From NCBI GenBank assembly GCA_017545505.1, contig JAFWNB010000003.1:76830-140829 (forward strand): a stretch of DNA of 64,000 bases, read 5' to 3'. Source of the stretch: Candidatus Saccharimonadota bacterium (GTDB lineage: Bacteria; Patescibacteriota; Saccharimonadia; Saccharimonadales; Saccharimonadaceae). Below, piece by piece: positions 29,228 to 39,708 of this stretch (position 1 is its first letter; each line of letters begins with the position of its first letter). The translations under genes and the position numbers were made by a program. The notes under the pieces were generated by a model that did not search any database, had not been told where the DNA came from, and saw nothing but the letters and a program-made list of their open reading frames with translations.

Positions 29228-29965
29228 ATGCAATCAAAAGACAACACAGCTCTAAGCGTCAGAAGACAAGTCCAAGCGTCCACTACGCTTAATCGTCGAT
29301 ACGTCAAACGTCCCGTTAGAAGCACCGATGTTATGGTTAAAGTAAACAAGAAACCATCTCAACCACAACAACAACCTCAAGTTTCTAAACTTACTGCTAA
29401 AGAACTCAAAGAACGCGCCATTAAAAAAGCCCTTGCCGAAGCATCTACCACTACCACAGTTGCAACTCAAGAAACTAAATCTAAAAAAAGCGGTAAAATC
29501 AAATTTGGCTTTGGTCGCGTCATGTTGGCTTTATCATGTGCCGCAACAGCAGTTTTTGCTATCGCATATTTTGTTAACATTAATATGCCCGATATATCTC
29601 TAAAAGTCGCCGCCATGCAAACCGGCATTAATGCATCTTACCCAAGCTATGTTCCACGCAACTACTCTACGTCTAGCATTACGTCGGAAAACGGTAAAAT
29701 TACCCTTAATTTCACTAATTCCGTAGAAGATACCAGTTTTTCTTTAGTTGAAGAAAAATCTTCCTGGGATTCAAATGCTTTATTAGCAAATTACGTCAAA
29801 CCGACTTTTAAAGAAAATTATTCAATCATCAAAGAACAAGGGCTTACGCTTTTCATTAGTGGTAGCAACGCCGCCTGGGTTAATGGTGGAGTTGTTTATA
29901 TAATCAAAGCAGATAATAATATACTCACCAATAAACAAATTCGCTCAATCGCAGTATCACTATAA
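29228..29965 (+). CDS. Single-TM hypothetical protein (DUF4367-like C-terminus)
   Basis: Basic N-terminus, TM, AAWVNGGVVYII...IRSIAVSL end; start uncertain (29174-29228). Confidence 0.55.
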   Translation: MQSKDNTALSVRRQVQASTTLNRRYVKRPVRSTDVMVKVNKKPSQPQQQPQVSKLTAKELKERAIKKALAEASTTTTVATQETKSKKSGKIKFGFGRVMLALSCAATAVFAIAYFVNINMPDISLKVAAMQTGINASYPSYVPRNYSTSSITSENGKITLNFTNSVEDTSFSLVEEKSSWDSNALLANYVKPTFKENYSIIKEQGLTLFISGSNAAWVNGGVVYIIKADNNILTNKQIRSIAVSL

Positions 29966-29971
29966 TTATTT

Positions 29972-31411
29972 TTAAATTGCACTAGCGACCGCATTAAGTC
30001 TTGCTAATGAGGTTTCTTTTCCAAGAACTTCGAGCGTAAGATTAAGTGCCGGACTAAACGGGGCAAAACTAATTGCAATTCTAATCAAACTAAATAATTC
30101 GGCCGGTTTCTTTTTGGTTTCATTTAACAATTCATTAAGAGCCGCCTGAATACTATCCGCATCCCATTTATTAATATCGGAAAGCTTTCTTACTACAAGT
30201 TTTAATAGACTTTCTATTTCGGATTCTGACATTTTTTTCAAAAACTTGTTTTTGACCAACATATCTAAATCAATTTTCGGCTCTTTGAAAAAGTAATCTG
30301 TCATACTTCGAAGATCGGATAAGGTTTTTAGTCTATCGTAGATTATTGAGAATACTTTTACTTTATAGTCGTCATCAGCTTCTTTTGCAGATTCAGGCCA
30401 AAAATCTTTGGTCCTAGTATATAATGCTTCTGCGCCTTTTTCGTCAAAGATTTTACGTATCCATTGCCCGTTATACCAATACAATTTATTTTCATCGTAT
30501 CTAGCTCCAGAATTCTGAATACGATCTACCGAAAAACACTTAATTAATTCTTCTTTAGAATAAATCTCCTTTTCCGTACCATCATTCCAACCAAGGCAAG
30601 CTAAATAGTTTAACATTGCTTCGGCCAAAACTCCATCATCACGGTATTCCGTAACTGACTTCGCGCCATCGCGTTTGCCTAATTTTTTGTTACCTTGTGG
30701 GGCTAAAATATGTGGCAGAGAAACGAGCTTAGGACGCTCTAAGCCAAAAGCTTCATACAAAGCTAAATAATTAGGTGTGCTAGAAAGATATTCTACACCC
30801 CTCATCACATGTGTCACGCCCATTTCAGCATCATCTACAATGTGAGCAAAATTATATGTCGGAAAACCATCTTTTTTAATTAAAATAATATCATCCAAAA
30901 CTTCCGGACCAGAACTCATCTCTCCCATTACTTCATCTTGCCATTCATATGATTTTGGCTCCGACTTAAACCTTAGAGGTAAGCCCAGTTCCCATTTGGG
31001 CGGATTCTCCGGTCGAAAATTTCTATATAAAAAAGGTATTTTCTTATCAGTACATTCTTTACGATACTTTTCTATTTGTTCTGGCGAAGTAGGATCAGCA
31101 TATGCTCTACCTTCCTCGATTAACTTTTTTGCCCATTTAATATAGATATCTTTTCTTTCACTTTGGAAATATGGTTCATGCGGACCGCCAACAACTGGAC
31201 CCTCGTCCCAATTCAAGCCCAACCATTCTAACGTATCTTCAATCAATTCTGTTGCACCATCAACATAACGCGCTCTATCAGTATCTTCTATTCTTAAAAT
31301 CATTTTTCCATTATTTTGTTTTGCTAAAAGATATGGATAAATAGCTGAACGCACATTACCAATATGAATATACCCAGTAGGGCTTGGCGCAAACCTTGTA
31401 ACAATTTCCAT
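29972..31411 (-). CDS. gltX: Glutamate--tRNA ligase
   Basis: RFAPSPTGYIHIG, LRIEDTD, KKLGKR, PTYNFA. Confidence 0.97.
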   Translation of the reverse strand: MEIVTRFAPSPTGYIHIGNVRSAIYPYLLAKQNNGKMILRIEDTDRARYVDGATELIEDTLEWLGLNWDEGPVVGGPHEPYFQSERKDIYIKWAKKLIEEGRAYADPTSPEQIEKYRKECTDKKIPFLYRNFRPENPPKWELGLPLRFKSEPKSYEWQDEVMGEMSSGPEVLDDIILIKKDGFPTYNFAHIVDDAEMGVTHVMRGVEYLSSTPNYLALYEAFGLERPKLVSLPHILAPQGNKKLGKRDGAKSVTEYRDDGVLAEAMLNYLACLGWNDGTEKEIYSKEELIKCFSVDRIQNSGARYDENKLYWYNGQWIRKIFDEKGAEALYTRTKDFWPESAKEADDDYKVKVFSIIYDRLKTLSDLRSMTDYFFKEPKIDLDMLVKNKFLKKMSESEIESLLKLVVRKLSDINKWDADSIQAALNELLNETKKKPAELFSLIRIAISFAPFSPALNLTLEVLGKETSLARLNAVASAI

Positions 31412-31430
31412 ATTCTATATTATATCACAA

Positions 31431-32411
31431 CTACGCTGGGTTATCTTCTTCTTCGTCCTCTTCGTCTCCCTCATCGCGACCAGCAATGATAAAGAAGAAC
31501 ATCCCGGATGCAGCCGCAACTGAAGCAGCTGTCCCAAGACCCGCTGCAAGCATTGAACCAGCGGCAACATTAGATAAAGTATCCTCTATTACACCGGCTG
31601 GAGCGGAGTAAGAATTTCTTACGTCACCAGAACTGACTTCAGTAGTAGTGGATGTGCCACTACCAGAAGTAGACCTAATCGTACGAACCGTAGTTCCATT
31701 ACCAGAACTTGTACCCATACCAGTAGTGCCAGGAGTATAAGTTGGCGTCGAATCAGGATTATCGTTCACAGGATCAGTAGGGGTGACCGGATTATTATTG
31801 TCGACCGCACCAGTTACTACGCTAATGATTACAGTGTTAGCATAAGTACCAGATCCCTGAGTCAAATCAGCTTTTGCACCAAAATAAATATCTTGACCTT
31901 CAGTACCGTTTGTCGTCCTATAAATCAAGGTAATAGGCGAAGATGGTGTGGCCACCATCGGATGATAACGGCTAGACTGATTACCGGCTTGGGTTTCGCC
32001 ATAAGTTTTGCCAGTTACACCATTTGGCACCGTACCAAGAGAGTAACCCCAATAATTACTTGGAAAGCTAGACCTAAGGGAACTAGTACTTAATGTAGGA
32101 ATAGTCAAAGTAGATTTAGATTTATTCACTAAATTTGTTGTCGACTGTGAATACATTGAAGCCGTAAAACCAGTCTGTACATTTGTAGTAACAGAAAGGC
32201 CGACATAATTCCGTAAAAATACACCAGCGGAAGTTACATTTTCTGTATGAGCCCATTCAGGCGGCGTAGTGACAGTGACAGACAAATTGTCGACCACATT
32301 CACTTGAAAATCAACATCTCTTTCTTCGGCTAAAGCACCATCAAAACTCAAAAACATCACTGCTATTACAAGAATAATACATGTTATGACCTTCGTTTTG
32401 ATTTTTAACAT
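31431..32411 (-). CDS. Secreted beta-sandwich protein with Thr/Gly linker and C-terminal membrane anchor
   Basis: Signal peptide; TN..TGF, YWGYS, YFGAK, GTYANTV; hydrophobic C-terminal segment with acidic tail. Confidence 0.7.
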   Translation of the reverse strand: MLKIKTKVITCIILVIAVMFLSFDGALAEERDVDFQVNVVDNLSVTVTTPPEWAHTENVTSAGVFLRNYVGLSVTTNVQTGFTASMYSQSTTNLVNKSKSTLTIPTLSTSSLRSSFPSNYWGYSLGTVPNGVTGKTYGETQAGNQSSRYHPMVATPSSPITLIYRTTNGTEGQDIYFGAKADLTQGSGTYANTVIISVVTGAVDNNNPVTPTDPVNDNPDSTPTYTPGTTGMGTSSGNGTTVRTIRSTSGSGTSTTTEVSSGDVRNSYSAPAGVIEDTLSNVAAGSMLAAGLGTAASVAAASGMFFFIIAGRDEGDEEDEEEDNPA

Positions 32412-32501
32412 AACTATATTGTAACACATATTTTTAATTTTTATGCTAAAATTATAAAAAATAGTTATGTTTTTTTGAAAAACTTAAAGTGGAGTAAGAA
32501 A

Positions 32502-33740
32502 ATGGCAGAAGAACTCATAGTCAAAACAGAGAAAAAAGACGAAGATAAACTATGGCCTGTGGAAAACTCTAATAAAAAACCTTCAAAAAAATGGCTCATA
32601 TTTTTGATAATTGGATGTACTTTTCTTATTGCAGGAATTGGTTTAATTCTTACTGCCTTTTTAATACCAAAAACTGAAAGCGAAAATCTATCTTTTCCAG
32701 AAATCCCATCTCAAAAATCCAACAAAGAAAAAATCTACAGCAATCTTACTGGTGAAGAATTAGCAGATGCCTCCTTAAAAAACGCCCCCACTTTCTGTAT
32801 ACAAACACCTAACGGTACCGATGGAGCACGCCCTCAGGCGGGTCTAACTGAGGCCGGCGTAGTATTTGAAGCTATAGCCGAAGCCGGAATTACACGTTTT
32901 GCTGCAATTTACCAAAATCCTACTTCTGCCATTATTGGTCCAATTCGTTCACTTCGTATTTATTACCTCGAATGGGATACTCCATTTGATTGCACGATTG
33001 TTCACGCTGGTGGCTCTGGCGATGCGCTCGCGGCAGTTAGTAGCGGAAGATATCGTGACCTCACCGAAAACTACGCATATATGTACCGTGGTACTTACCA
33101 AAATCGCCGATGGAATAATCTATTCACCACCTCAAGCTATCTCAAAAAATATAATTCAGATCACGGCTATAATTCATCAGACGTTAAAGGTTTTACCAGA
33201 CTTACACCTGAGGAATCCGCTAAATCACGTATCGACGAGTTGGCTACAAACAAGCTAGAAATAACTACACCTACCACAAACAATACCTCAGAACTTACGG
33301 CAAAAGTTTCAAATATTAGAATTAACCTGGCGAGCAGCGCCAATTATAATCCTATATATATCTACAATGCCGACACAAACACCTACGCTCGCAGCTATGC
33401 TAGCGCCATGAGCCACGATGTTTACAAATGTCCAAACGATGATTTAGGCGAAAAAAATCCAGAAGATACTTGCAATTTATCAAATGTTAACCCATCAGTC
33501 GTAATTGCAATGATAGTTCAAGAGAAACGCGCCTCAGATAATTATCACGAGGACATCACGACGATCGGTTCTGGCGATGCCTATATTTTCCAAAACGGTA
33601 CCGCAATCAAAGGCTCTTGGCATAAATCCACCCGTGAAGATCAAATCAAATTCCTCGATTCTAATAATCAAGAAATTCCACTCGCTCCAGGACAAACCTT
33701 TATCACGGCTGTGCCAACCTATGGCAGTGTTGAATATTAA
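32502..33740 (+). CDS. DUF3048 domain protein
   Basis: ARPQAGL..A.VVFEA.AEAGITRF, GPIRSLR, GQTFI. Confidence 0.85.
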   Translation: MAEELIVKTEKKDEDKLWPVENSNKKPSKKWLIFLIIGCTFLIAGIGLILTAFLIPKTESENLSFPEIPSQKSNKEKIYSNLTGEELADASLKNAPTFCIQTPNGTDGARPQAGLTEAGVVFEAIAEAGITRFAAIYQNPTSAIIGPIRSLRIYYLEWDTPFDCTIVHAGGSGDALAAVSSGRYRDLTENYAYMYRGTYQNRRWNNLFTTSSYLKKYNSDHGYNSSDVKGFTRLTPEESAKSRIDELATNKLEITTPTTNNTSELTAKVSNIRINLASSANYNPIYIYNADTNTYARSYASAMSHDVYKCPNDDLGEKNPEDTCNLSNVNPSVVIAMIVQEKRASDNYHEDITTIGSGDAYIFQNGTAIKGSWHKSTREDQIKFLDSNNQEIPLAPGQTFITAVPTYGSVEY

Positions 33741-33810
33741 TTAACTTTGTGCTAAAATAAATTTGCGGACCTAACCCCCCTTGGGTCCGCACTTGGTATA
33801 TAAATAATTT

Positions 33811-33887
33811 GGCTCCGTCGTCTAGTGGTCTAGGACGTCTGGTTCTCATCCAGAAAATCGCGGGTTCGACTCCCGCCGGAGTCACCA
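33811..33887 (+). tRNA. tRNA-Glu(CUC)
   Basis: ggctccg/cggagtc acceptor, tctgg-ttCTCat-ccaga, gggttcgactccc, CCA. Confidence 0.95.
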
Positions 33888-33946
33888 ATGAAAAGAAGAC
33901 GCTTGCGTCTTGTTTTTATTGGTGACGAGAAGGGAAAAACGAAGTT

Positions 33947-33965
33947 ACTCCCGCCGGAGTCACCA
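33947..33965 (+). repeat. 19-bp direct repeat of the tRNA-Glu 3' end
   Basis: actcccgccggagtcacca identical to 33869-33887. Confidence 0.85.
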
Positions 33966-34009
33966 GAATTTGAATAAAAAACGCTGGGCTAATTTAGCCC
34001 AGCTTACTT

Positions 34010-34357
34010 TTATACGGCATAATCGTAAATCAAATTTACCGTACAAACGATGGGAGAAACGAACGCCGATATCTTGTTAAGTTTATTCTGATATTCAACA
34101 AAACTATCGGAGTTCAAAAGCGCACCTATCGACTCGTCGATTAAAGATGAGCTGCATTCAAGCAGGTTAATGATCATTTGGTTCAACTCAGCTTTCTTCG
34201 GTGAATCGGTAGAATCGATCATTTCAATCATAGAATCAACTACCGAAATAATCTTGTCTACAATTGTCTTTTTATCATAAACAATCGAACGAACTTTTTT
34301 GTAAACCATTCGCTTCTCATAATAGTTGTTACGAGCAGCAATTAAAGCGTCTTTCAT
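34010..34357 (-). CDS. Hypothetical helical protein
   Basis: ATG 34357 with SD aggagg; hairpin terminator ~33977-34005. Confidence 0.6.
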   Translation of the reverse strand: MKDALIAARNNYYEKRMVYKKVRSIVYDKKTIVDKIISVVDSMIEMIDSTDSPKKAELNQMIINLLECSSSLIDESIGALLNSDSFVEYQNKLNKISAFVSPIVCTVNLIYDYAV

Positions 34358-34441
34358 AGCCCCTCCTTTCTTAAAGAACAATATACGTCTCTATATTATA
34401 TCACACTTGACTTAAAAAGTCAAATCTGTTATGATTAAATT

Positions 34442-35803
34442 ATGAGTAGATTACCAATCGTAGCACTAATCGGACAAACTAATGCGGGCAAATCCAGCCT
34501 GTTAAATCGCATGGCTCATAAAAATATTGCCATCGTAGCACGTGAAGAGGGCACTACTCGCGACAATGTAATAGCTACTATCGATAATCGTTTTATCCTA
34601 ATTGATACAGCCGGCTTAAAAGACCCTTCAGATGCTTTTGAAGCCTCGATTCAAGATCAAATTGAAGATGCCATCGATTCGGCAGACCTTATTATAGTTA
34701 CCATAGATTCTACCAAGTATCCAGATCATCGCGACAAAGAAATCGCTAAAAAAGCCTTAAAGTCTAAAAAACCGGTATTTTTGGCACTTAATAAAACTGA
34801 TTTGAAAGAAGCACTTGAAGCAAACGAATTCTTATCACTAGGTATTAAACCAAACGAGACCTTCCAAGTTTCCGCCACCACCGGACTGGGAATTAGCAAA
34901 TTAAAGGAGAGCTTAATTGGCTCTTTGAGGGGATTTCGGAGCGTGGCAGCGCGAGAATTAGCGCCGTCCGCCCGTGGCGACGGGCCGGACGGACGCGACC
35001 CGAAAAGAGCTAATAAGCTCCCTCTGAAAGTTGCTTTAATTGGTCGTCCGAATGTGGGGAAATCAAGTTTATTTAATAGTCTTAGTAAAAAACAACAGGC
35101 CATTGTGAGCTCCAAACAAGGAACCACAAGAGATGTCAACAGAGTACAAATTAAATATAAAGGTCAGGAAATTGAAATTTTAGACACCGCTGGTCTCAGA
35201 AAACCAGGCAAACGCGAAGTTGGTATTGAAAAATTCAGTGCAATCAGAAGTCTCGCCGCCATCGAAGAAGCTGATATTTGTGCATTACTTGTTGACGCTA
35301 CTGAACCCCATTCAAAATTAGACCAATCACTGGCCGGCCAAACTATTGAAGCCGGCAAGGGAATTATTGTAGTTTTGACTAAAGCCGATCTCGTAGAAAA
35401 CACAGATCAAATTTTAGATGATTTAGAACGTGATTATAATTTTCTTCCTTTTGCACCAGTATTAATCACAAGTTCCGAAACCGGTAAAAATGTCACTCAA
35501 TTATTTGAACTTGCTTTAGAAATAAATCAAACCAGACATCAAGAAGTTAAAACATCAGAATTAAACAAAATCCTAAATGAGGCTATTATCAGCCATCCTC
35601 CAGCCGGCCTAAAAAATACAAGGCCAAAACCAAAATATATCGTCCAAACCGATGTTTGCCCGCCCTGGTTTGTAGTCCATGGTCACGATCTAGGGCTACT
35701 CCACTGGTCTTATAAGCGCTTTTTAGAGCGTAAAATCCGAGAAAAATATCCGTTTGTTGGCACGCCAATTAAATTTTCTTTTGTTAGTGATAAAAAATCT
35801 TAA
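34442..35803 (+). CDS. der: Ribosome biogenesis GTPase Der (EngA)
   Basis: Two G domains (GQTNAGKS, GRPNVGKS; DTAG; NKTD/TKAD) and KH-like C-terminus; GC-rich insertion in the linker. Confidence 0.96.
   Translation: MSRLPIVALIGQTNAGKSSLLNRMAHKNIAIVAREEGTTRDNVIATIDNRFILIDTAGLKDPSDAFEASIQDQIEDAIDSADLIIVTIDSTKYPDHRDKEIAKKALKSKKPVFLALNKTDLKEALEANEFLSLGIKPNETFQVSATTGLGISKLKESLIGSLRGFRSVAARELAPSARGDGPDGRDPKRANKLPLKVALIGRPNVGKSSLFNSLSKKQQAIVSSKQGTTRDVNRVQIKYKGQEIEILDTAGLRKPGKREVGIEKFSAIRSLAAIEEADICALLVDATEPHSKLDQSLAGQTIEAGKGIIVVLTKADLVENTDQILDDLERDYNFLPFAPVLITSSETGKNVTQLFELALEINQTRHQEVKTSELNKILNEAIISHPPAGLKNTRPKPKYIVQTDVCPPWFVVHGHDLGLLHWSYKRFLERKIREKYPFVGTPIKFSFVSDKKS
34910..35019 (+). repeat. GC-rich palindromic element, in frame in the der interdomain linker
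   Basis: Closing stem agcttaattggctcttt/aaagagctaataagct; shares tttgagg...cgcgac(c)cgaaaaga ends with the other copies. Confidence 0.6.
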
Positions 35804-35910
35804 TTTTTTAACGTGCTTTAAAAATCGTGTTAAAATAAAATAGGTGGGGATATTGAAGTATCCTCTTTTTATTCGAGGCACTTCACGCACTTTAAAAAGG
35901 AGGGATTATA

Positions 35911-37497
35911 TTGAGACCTATCTATGTTGTAGACACTAACATCCTAGTAGATTATGTAGAAATCATTCCGAACGGTTACAGTTATCAGCCGGAAAAACCT
36001 ACGGTCGACTTAAGCCACGCTCACATCGTAATTCCCACGGCGGTAATCCGGGAGTTATCACAGTTTAAAAGCGAAAAGTCTGACCGCGGCAAAGCAGCCA
36101 GGGAAGCTTTAAGACGAATCCGTCACTTAGTGGAAAATGATGTCCACACTATTGGTGATAGTTATCACCTTGAAGCACCTATTAGCGTAACAGTTAGCGA
36201 TCAATTAATTTCTGTTTTACCCGTCCATCAAGATTTCAGTAAGTGTCTGCCATTCCGACCAGCAGATACAGATATGGATGGCCAAATTATCTTGGCTACT
36301 TTGGTAGTAGGGTTTATTCAGAAAAAGATGTCGATCGACGGCACCGCTTCGTCAGAAAGTGTAGCTGCATACTCCAACAAAGATATTACTTTGCTTACCA
36401 ACGACAACGGTCTGGCTATTCGCGCCCGCGAAAGAGGAATCAAAACTCAGCGCTATGGCTATAAATATCCAGAACCATACACAGGAAGAAGGGAAGTGAT
36501 TGTTCCTAAAAGACTCTTCTGGGAATTTTTTGATTATGGCGACATCGATCTTGCTACCTGGGAAGAATATATGCCCAAACAGCCTCCGCTCATCGCAAAT
36601 GAGTTCATCGTGATGAAATTGGAAGATGAATTGGACTACCCTAGCGATTTTGATCCTAAGCACAATCCATATTTCAGTCATATCGGACGCTACGATGAGT
36701 ATAGTAACAAAATTACTAGACTCCGCCATATCCAAGATTTCCCGATTTGCCTCAAAAATGCTGGTCAGGCAATTTACGCCGAAGCATTAATGGATCCTAA
36801 TATTTCCGCGGTGGTTTGTACGGGGCCCGCCGGCTCCGGAAAAACCTACATGGCCACGGTTTACGGCTATCAAGCCTGCAAAAATGGCGATTTTATCGGT
36901 GTTACGGTAGTACCTTGTGACTCCAAAAGTAAACTCGGTGCCTTACCCGGAGACTTGGATGAAAAGATGGACCCTGAAGTCCAACCCATCAAAAATGCCT
37001 TAAGAAACTATCTTTTAAATGAAGAACAGAAGTTTCATAAGGAGTTAGGTAACCTCAAGAAATATGGCCCGAACGACAGGCCTAGGTATTCAAAAGAAGA
37101 TTCTTCAGAGAAAAGATCTATTAAAGCACGTCTTAAAGACCGCGTTGATATGATTTGGGATAACTGGTTTTCTAACATCCCGATTGAAAATGCTCGCGGC
37201 CGTGACTTTTCTCACGAATTAGCAATCTACGACGAATTCCAGGATCAGAGTGTCAGTCAAGCCGACACTTTGATTAAACGTCTCGGTGCCGATGGAAAAA
37301 TCATCATCACTGGTGATATCGAGCAAATCCACGCTCCCTATATCGACCAGAGTAGTAGCGGCCTCGTTTATGCCTCGAAGCAACTCAAAGACAGTCCTAT
37401 GGTGGCTCAGGTCCACTTTACGGAAGATGAAGTTATTCGTCATCCATTGGTTAGAATGATAGCTAAACGTCAAAAAGACGACAAAAGCAATTTCTAA
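35911..37497 (+). CDS. PIN-PhoH family protein (PhoH2/YlaK-like)
   Basis: YVVDTNIL, PTAVIREL, LLTNDNGL (PIN); GPAGSGKT, ARGRDF, DEFQD, ITGDIEQ (PhoH). TTG start with aggagg. Confidence 0.88.
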   Translation: MRPIYVVDTNILVDYVEIIPNGYSYQPEKPTVDLSHAHIVIPTAVIRELSQFKSEKSDRGKAAREALRRIRHLVENDVHTIGDSYHLEAPISVTVSDQLISVLPVHQDFSKCLPFRPADTDMDGQIILATLVVGFIQKKMSIDGTASSESVAAYSNKDITLLTNDNGLAIRARERGIKTQRYGYKYPEPYTGRREVIVPKRLFWEFFDYGDIDLATWEEYMPKQPPLIANEFIVMKLEDELDYPSDFDPKHNPYFSHIGRYDEYSNKITRLRHIQDFPICLKNAGQAIYAEALMDPNISAVVCTGPAGSGKTYMATVYGYQACKNGDFIGVTVVPCDSKSKLGALPGDLDEKMDPEVQPIKNALRNYLLNEEQKFHKELGNLKKYGPNDRPRYSKEDSSEKRSIKARLKDRVDMIWDNWFSNIPIENARGRDFSHELAIYDEFQDQSVSQADTLIKRLGADGKIIITGDIEQIHAPYIDQSSSGLVYASKQLKDSPMVAQVHFTEDEVIRHPLVRMIAKRQKDDKSNF

Positions 37498-37563
37498 CTG
37501 ATGGGAGTACCTCCTTTCAACCCCCGCTATTTAGTGGGGGTCTTTTCATGGTATAATTAAGAT

Positions 37564-38088
37564 ATGAAATTAATAGTAGGATTAGGGAATCCAGGTAGCA
37601 AATATAACTTCACGAGGCATAATATTGGCTTCTTGGTACTTGATTTTTATTTTAAGCTCAATAACCTTAATTGGGACGCAAAGCCTCATCTAGGTGCCAT
37701 AAAGGGCCGCAAAAATGATGTTTTATTCATAAAACCACAAGAGTTTTATAACGAAACAGGCTCAGTAGTCCAAAGATACATGCATTATTACAAAATACCC
37801 ATCTCGAACATTTTAATTATTTGTGATAATTTTGACCTACAGTTCGGCCTTTTTCGCTATCGTTCTTCTGGAGCTGCAGGAGGGAATAATGGTCTAAAAT
37901 CTATTGACCAGGCCCTTAGTACTAACGAATATTCTCGTATCAGAATCGGTACAAGAAATGACGAACTTCGCTCAAAGATGAGTGATATCGATTTTGTTCT
38001 TTCGCGCTTTACGCCAGAAGAAAAAAGCAAACTTCCAGAAATATTACGCGAAATCAGCGACAAAATCACCGAAATTACAAGTGTTTAA
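37564..38088 (+). CDS. pth: Peptidyl-tRNA hydrolase
   Basis: LIVGLGNPG..Y..TRHNIGF, GGNNGLKSI, RIRIG. Confidence 0.95.
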   Translation: MKLIVGLGNPGSKYNFTRHNIGFLVLDFYFKLNNLNWDAKPHLGAIKGRKNDVLFIKPQEFYNETGSVVQRYMHYYKIPISNILIICDNFDLQFGLFRYRSSGAAGGNNGLKSIDQALSTNEYSRIRIGTRNDELRSKMSDIDFVLSRFTPEEKSKLPEILREISDKITEITSV

Positions 38089-38738
38089 TTTGGATTTGGA
38101 GCCGTTACGGCATAAAAATTAATTACATTTCTATAAGTACCAGCGGGTTTCGTAATCGAAGCTTTAGCTGCAACCTTAAATTTAATGCTCTTGCTATCTG
38201 CTGCATTAGTAGTAGTAATCAACGATGCACCCTGAGTACAGTCACCACTAACCGGTGTACAATATGGTAAACCAGAGTAATTAACCCACGTACTACCATT
38301 ATTAGTAGAATAAGAATAGCCCCAAGTGTCATCACCCGCCGAGCTCATTGAACTATAGCTGGCAGAAGTAGGTAAGCTAGTAAACTTATTCGTAGAAGGG
38401 TCGCTATCACTACTATTTATTATATTGGTATTTGCATAAGTAACACCATCACCGGCTGCAGCATACAAAGTATAACCATAGGCCGCATTAGTATTCACAT
38501 TGATTGTAACAATATTAGAATCACTATAATTGCCCGGCAATAAATTAATAAAGAAATCCGCCGCAGACAACTCAAGATTTAAAGTAGGACCAAAAGTAAA
38601 CTCTACGTCTACATCAGTTTGATAAGTCACAGCATGGGCATTTATACTTACAAAAAAGAGAATAGCCATACAGGCCACAGTTATCAAACCAAAATTTCTT
38701 CTGGCACTTCGATTATTTCGCGCAAACATCCTTCTCAC
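38085..38738 (-). CDS. Secreted single-domain beta-sandwich protein (paralog of 31431-32411)
   Basis: Signal peptide; VNTNAAYGY, TWGYS, FKVAAK, GTYRNVINF. Start likely GTG 38738. Confidence 0.7.
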   Translation of the reverse strand: MRRMFARNNRSARRNFGLITVACMAILFFVSINAHAVTYQTDVDVEFTFGPTLNLELSAADFFINLLPGNYSDSNIVTINVNTNAAYGYTLYAAAGDGVTYANTNIINSSDSDPSTNKFTSLPTSASYSSMSSAGDDTWGYSYSTNNGSTWVNYSGLPYCTPVSGDCTQGASLITTTNAADSKSIKFKVAAKASITKPAGTYRNVINFYAVTAPNPN

Positions 38739-38777
38739 GCTTTTATTATACACAAGTTTTTTGATATACGCAATTTT

Positions 38778-39680
38778 TTATTTTAAAGCCCAATAATTAG
38801 CGCCAAGCGAACGAATTCGCCCCTTAATCTCTAACAAAGTTATCGCTTCGTTAAATACTTCTGGCGGCAAACAAGCATTTTCCATTATTTTTTCACCATC
38901 AGAAATCCCTTCATTTAATAATTGCAAAATCAAAGTTTCAACATCAGTATCACCGATTATTTTTTTCTGACGCATTTTCTTCTGTTTTTTAAAATATTCA
39001 TCCGGAAACAGCACCTGTAAAATATCATCTAATTCAGTATATGGAATCGCACCTTGTTTTATTAACTTATTGCAGCCCCTAGAATAAGGATTATTAATAT
39101 TTCCTGGCACCGCAAATACTTCTTTACCTTGGTTCAGAGCATGAGTTGCGGTATTTAAAGAACCAGAACGTTCTGCCGCTTCTACTACGACCACTGCATC
39201 GGCAAGCCCGGAAATTAAACGATTCCGCTCTAAAAAACTGGTTTTTGGATAGACTTTTGTACTAGGTGCATATTCGCTAATTATGGCACCGTCACTCTCT
39301 ATGATTTCTTTTGCTAAAGTCAAGTGACCGCGCGGATATATCTGATCGATTGGTGTACCCAGTATCGCTATTGTGCGCCCGCCCGCATCTAGACACCCAC
39401 GATGCGCAATAGAATCTATACCATAAGCCAACCCCGATATTATTATTACTCCGTTCTTAGCTAGTCCATAAGCCATTTCGTATGCTACTACTTCACCATA
39501 TTTTGTATTGTGTCTTGAGCCAACTATAGCCACCGTTTTTACCATATTTTCAGGCAATTTTCCATAAAAATACAATGTTTTAGGCTTAAGCGCAATAGAT
39601 TCTAACACCTCTGTAAATTTATGCTCTAGGGGTAAAACATGGTTGATATTTTGTGAAAAGTGTGAAAAAAGTGTTGACAT
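38778..39680 (-). CDS. dprA: DNA processing protein DprA
   Basis: VAIVGSR, IISGLAYGIDS.AH, FLERNRLISGL, SGSLNTA, VFAVPG. Confidence 0.95.
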   Translation of the reverse strand: MSTLFSHFSQNINHVLPLEHKFTEVLESIALKPKTLYFYGKLPENMVKTVAIVGSRHNTKYGEVVAYEMAYGLAKNGVIIISGLAYGIDSIAHRGCLDAGGRTIAILGTPIDQIYPRGHLTLAKEIIESDGAIISEYAPSTKVYPKTSFLERNRLISGLADAVVVVEAAERSGSLNTATHALNQGKEVFAVPGNINNPYSRGCNKLIKQGAIPYTELDDILQVLFPDEYFKKQKKMRQKKIIGDTDVETLILQLLNEGISDGEKIMENACLPPEVFNEAITLLEIKGRIRSLGANYWALK

Positions 39681-39702
39681 ATTTTTACTCCTGTGATATA
39701 AT
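39674..39702 (+). promoter_or_regulatory. Consensus sigma70 promoter overlapping the dprA start, pointing away from dprA
   Basis: TTGACA 39674-39679, 17 nt, TATAAT 39697-39702, with extended TG. Confidence 0.75.
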
Positions 39703-39708
39703 TAAAGC

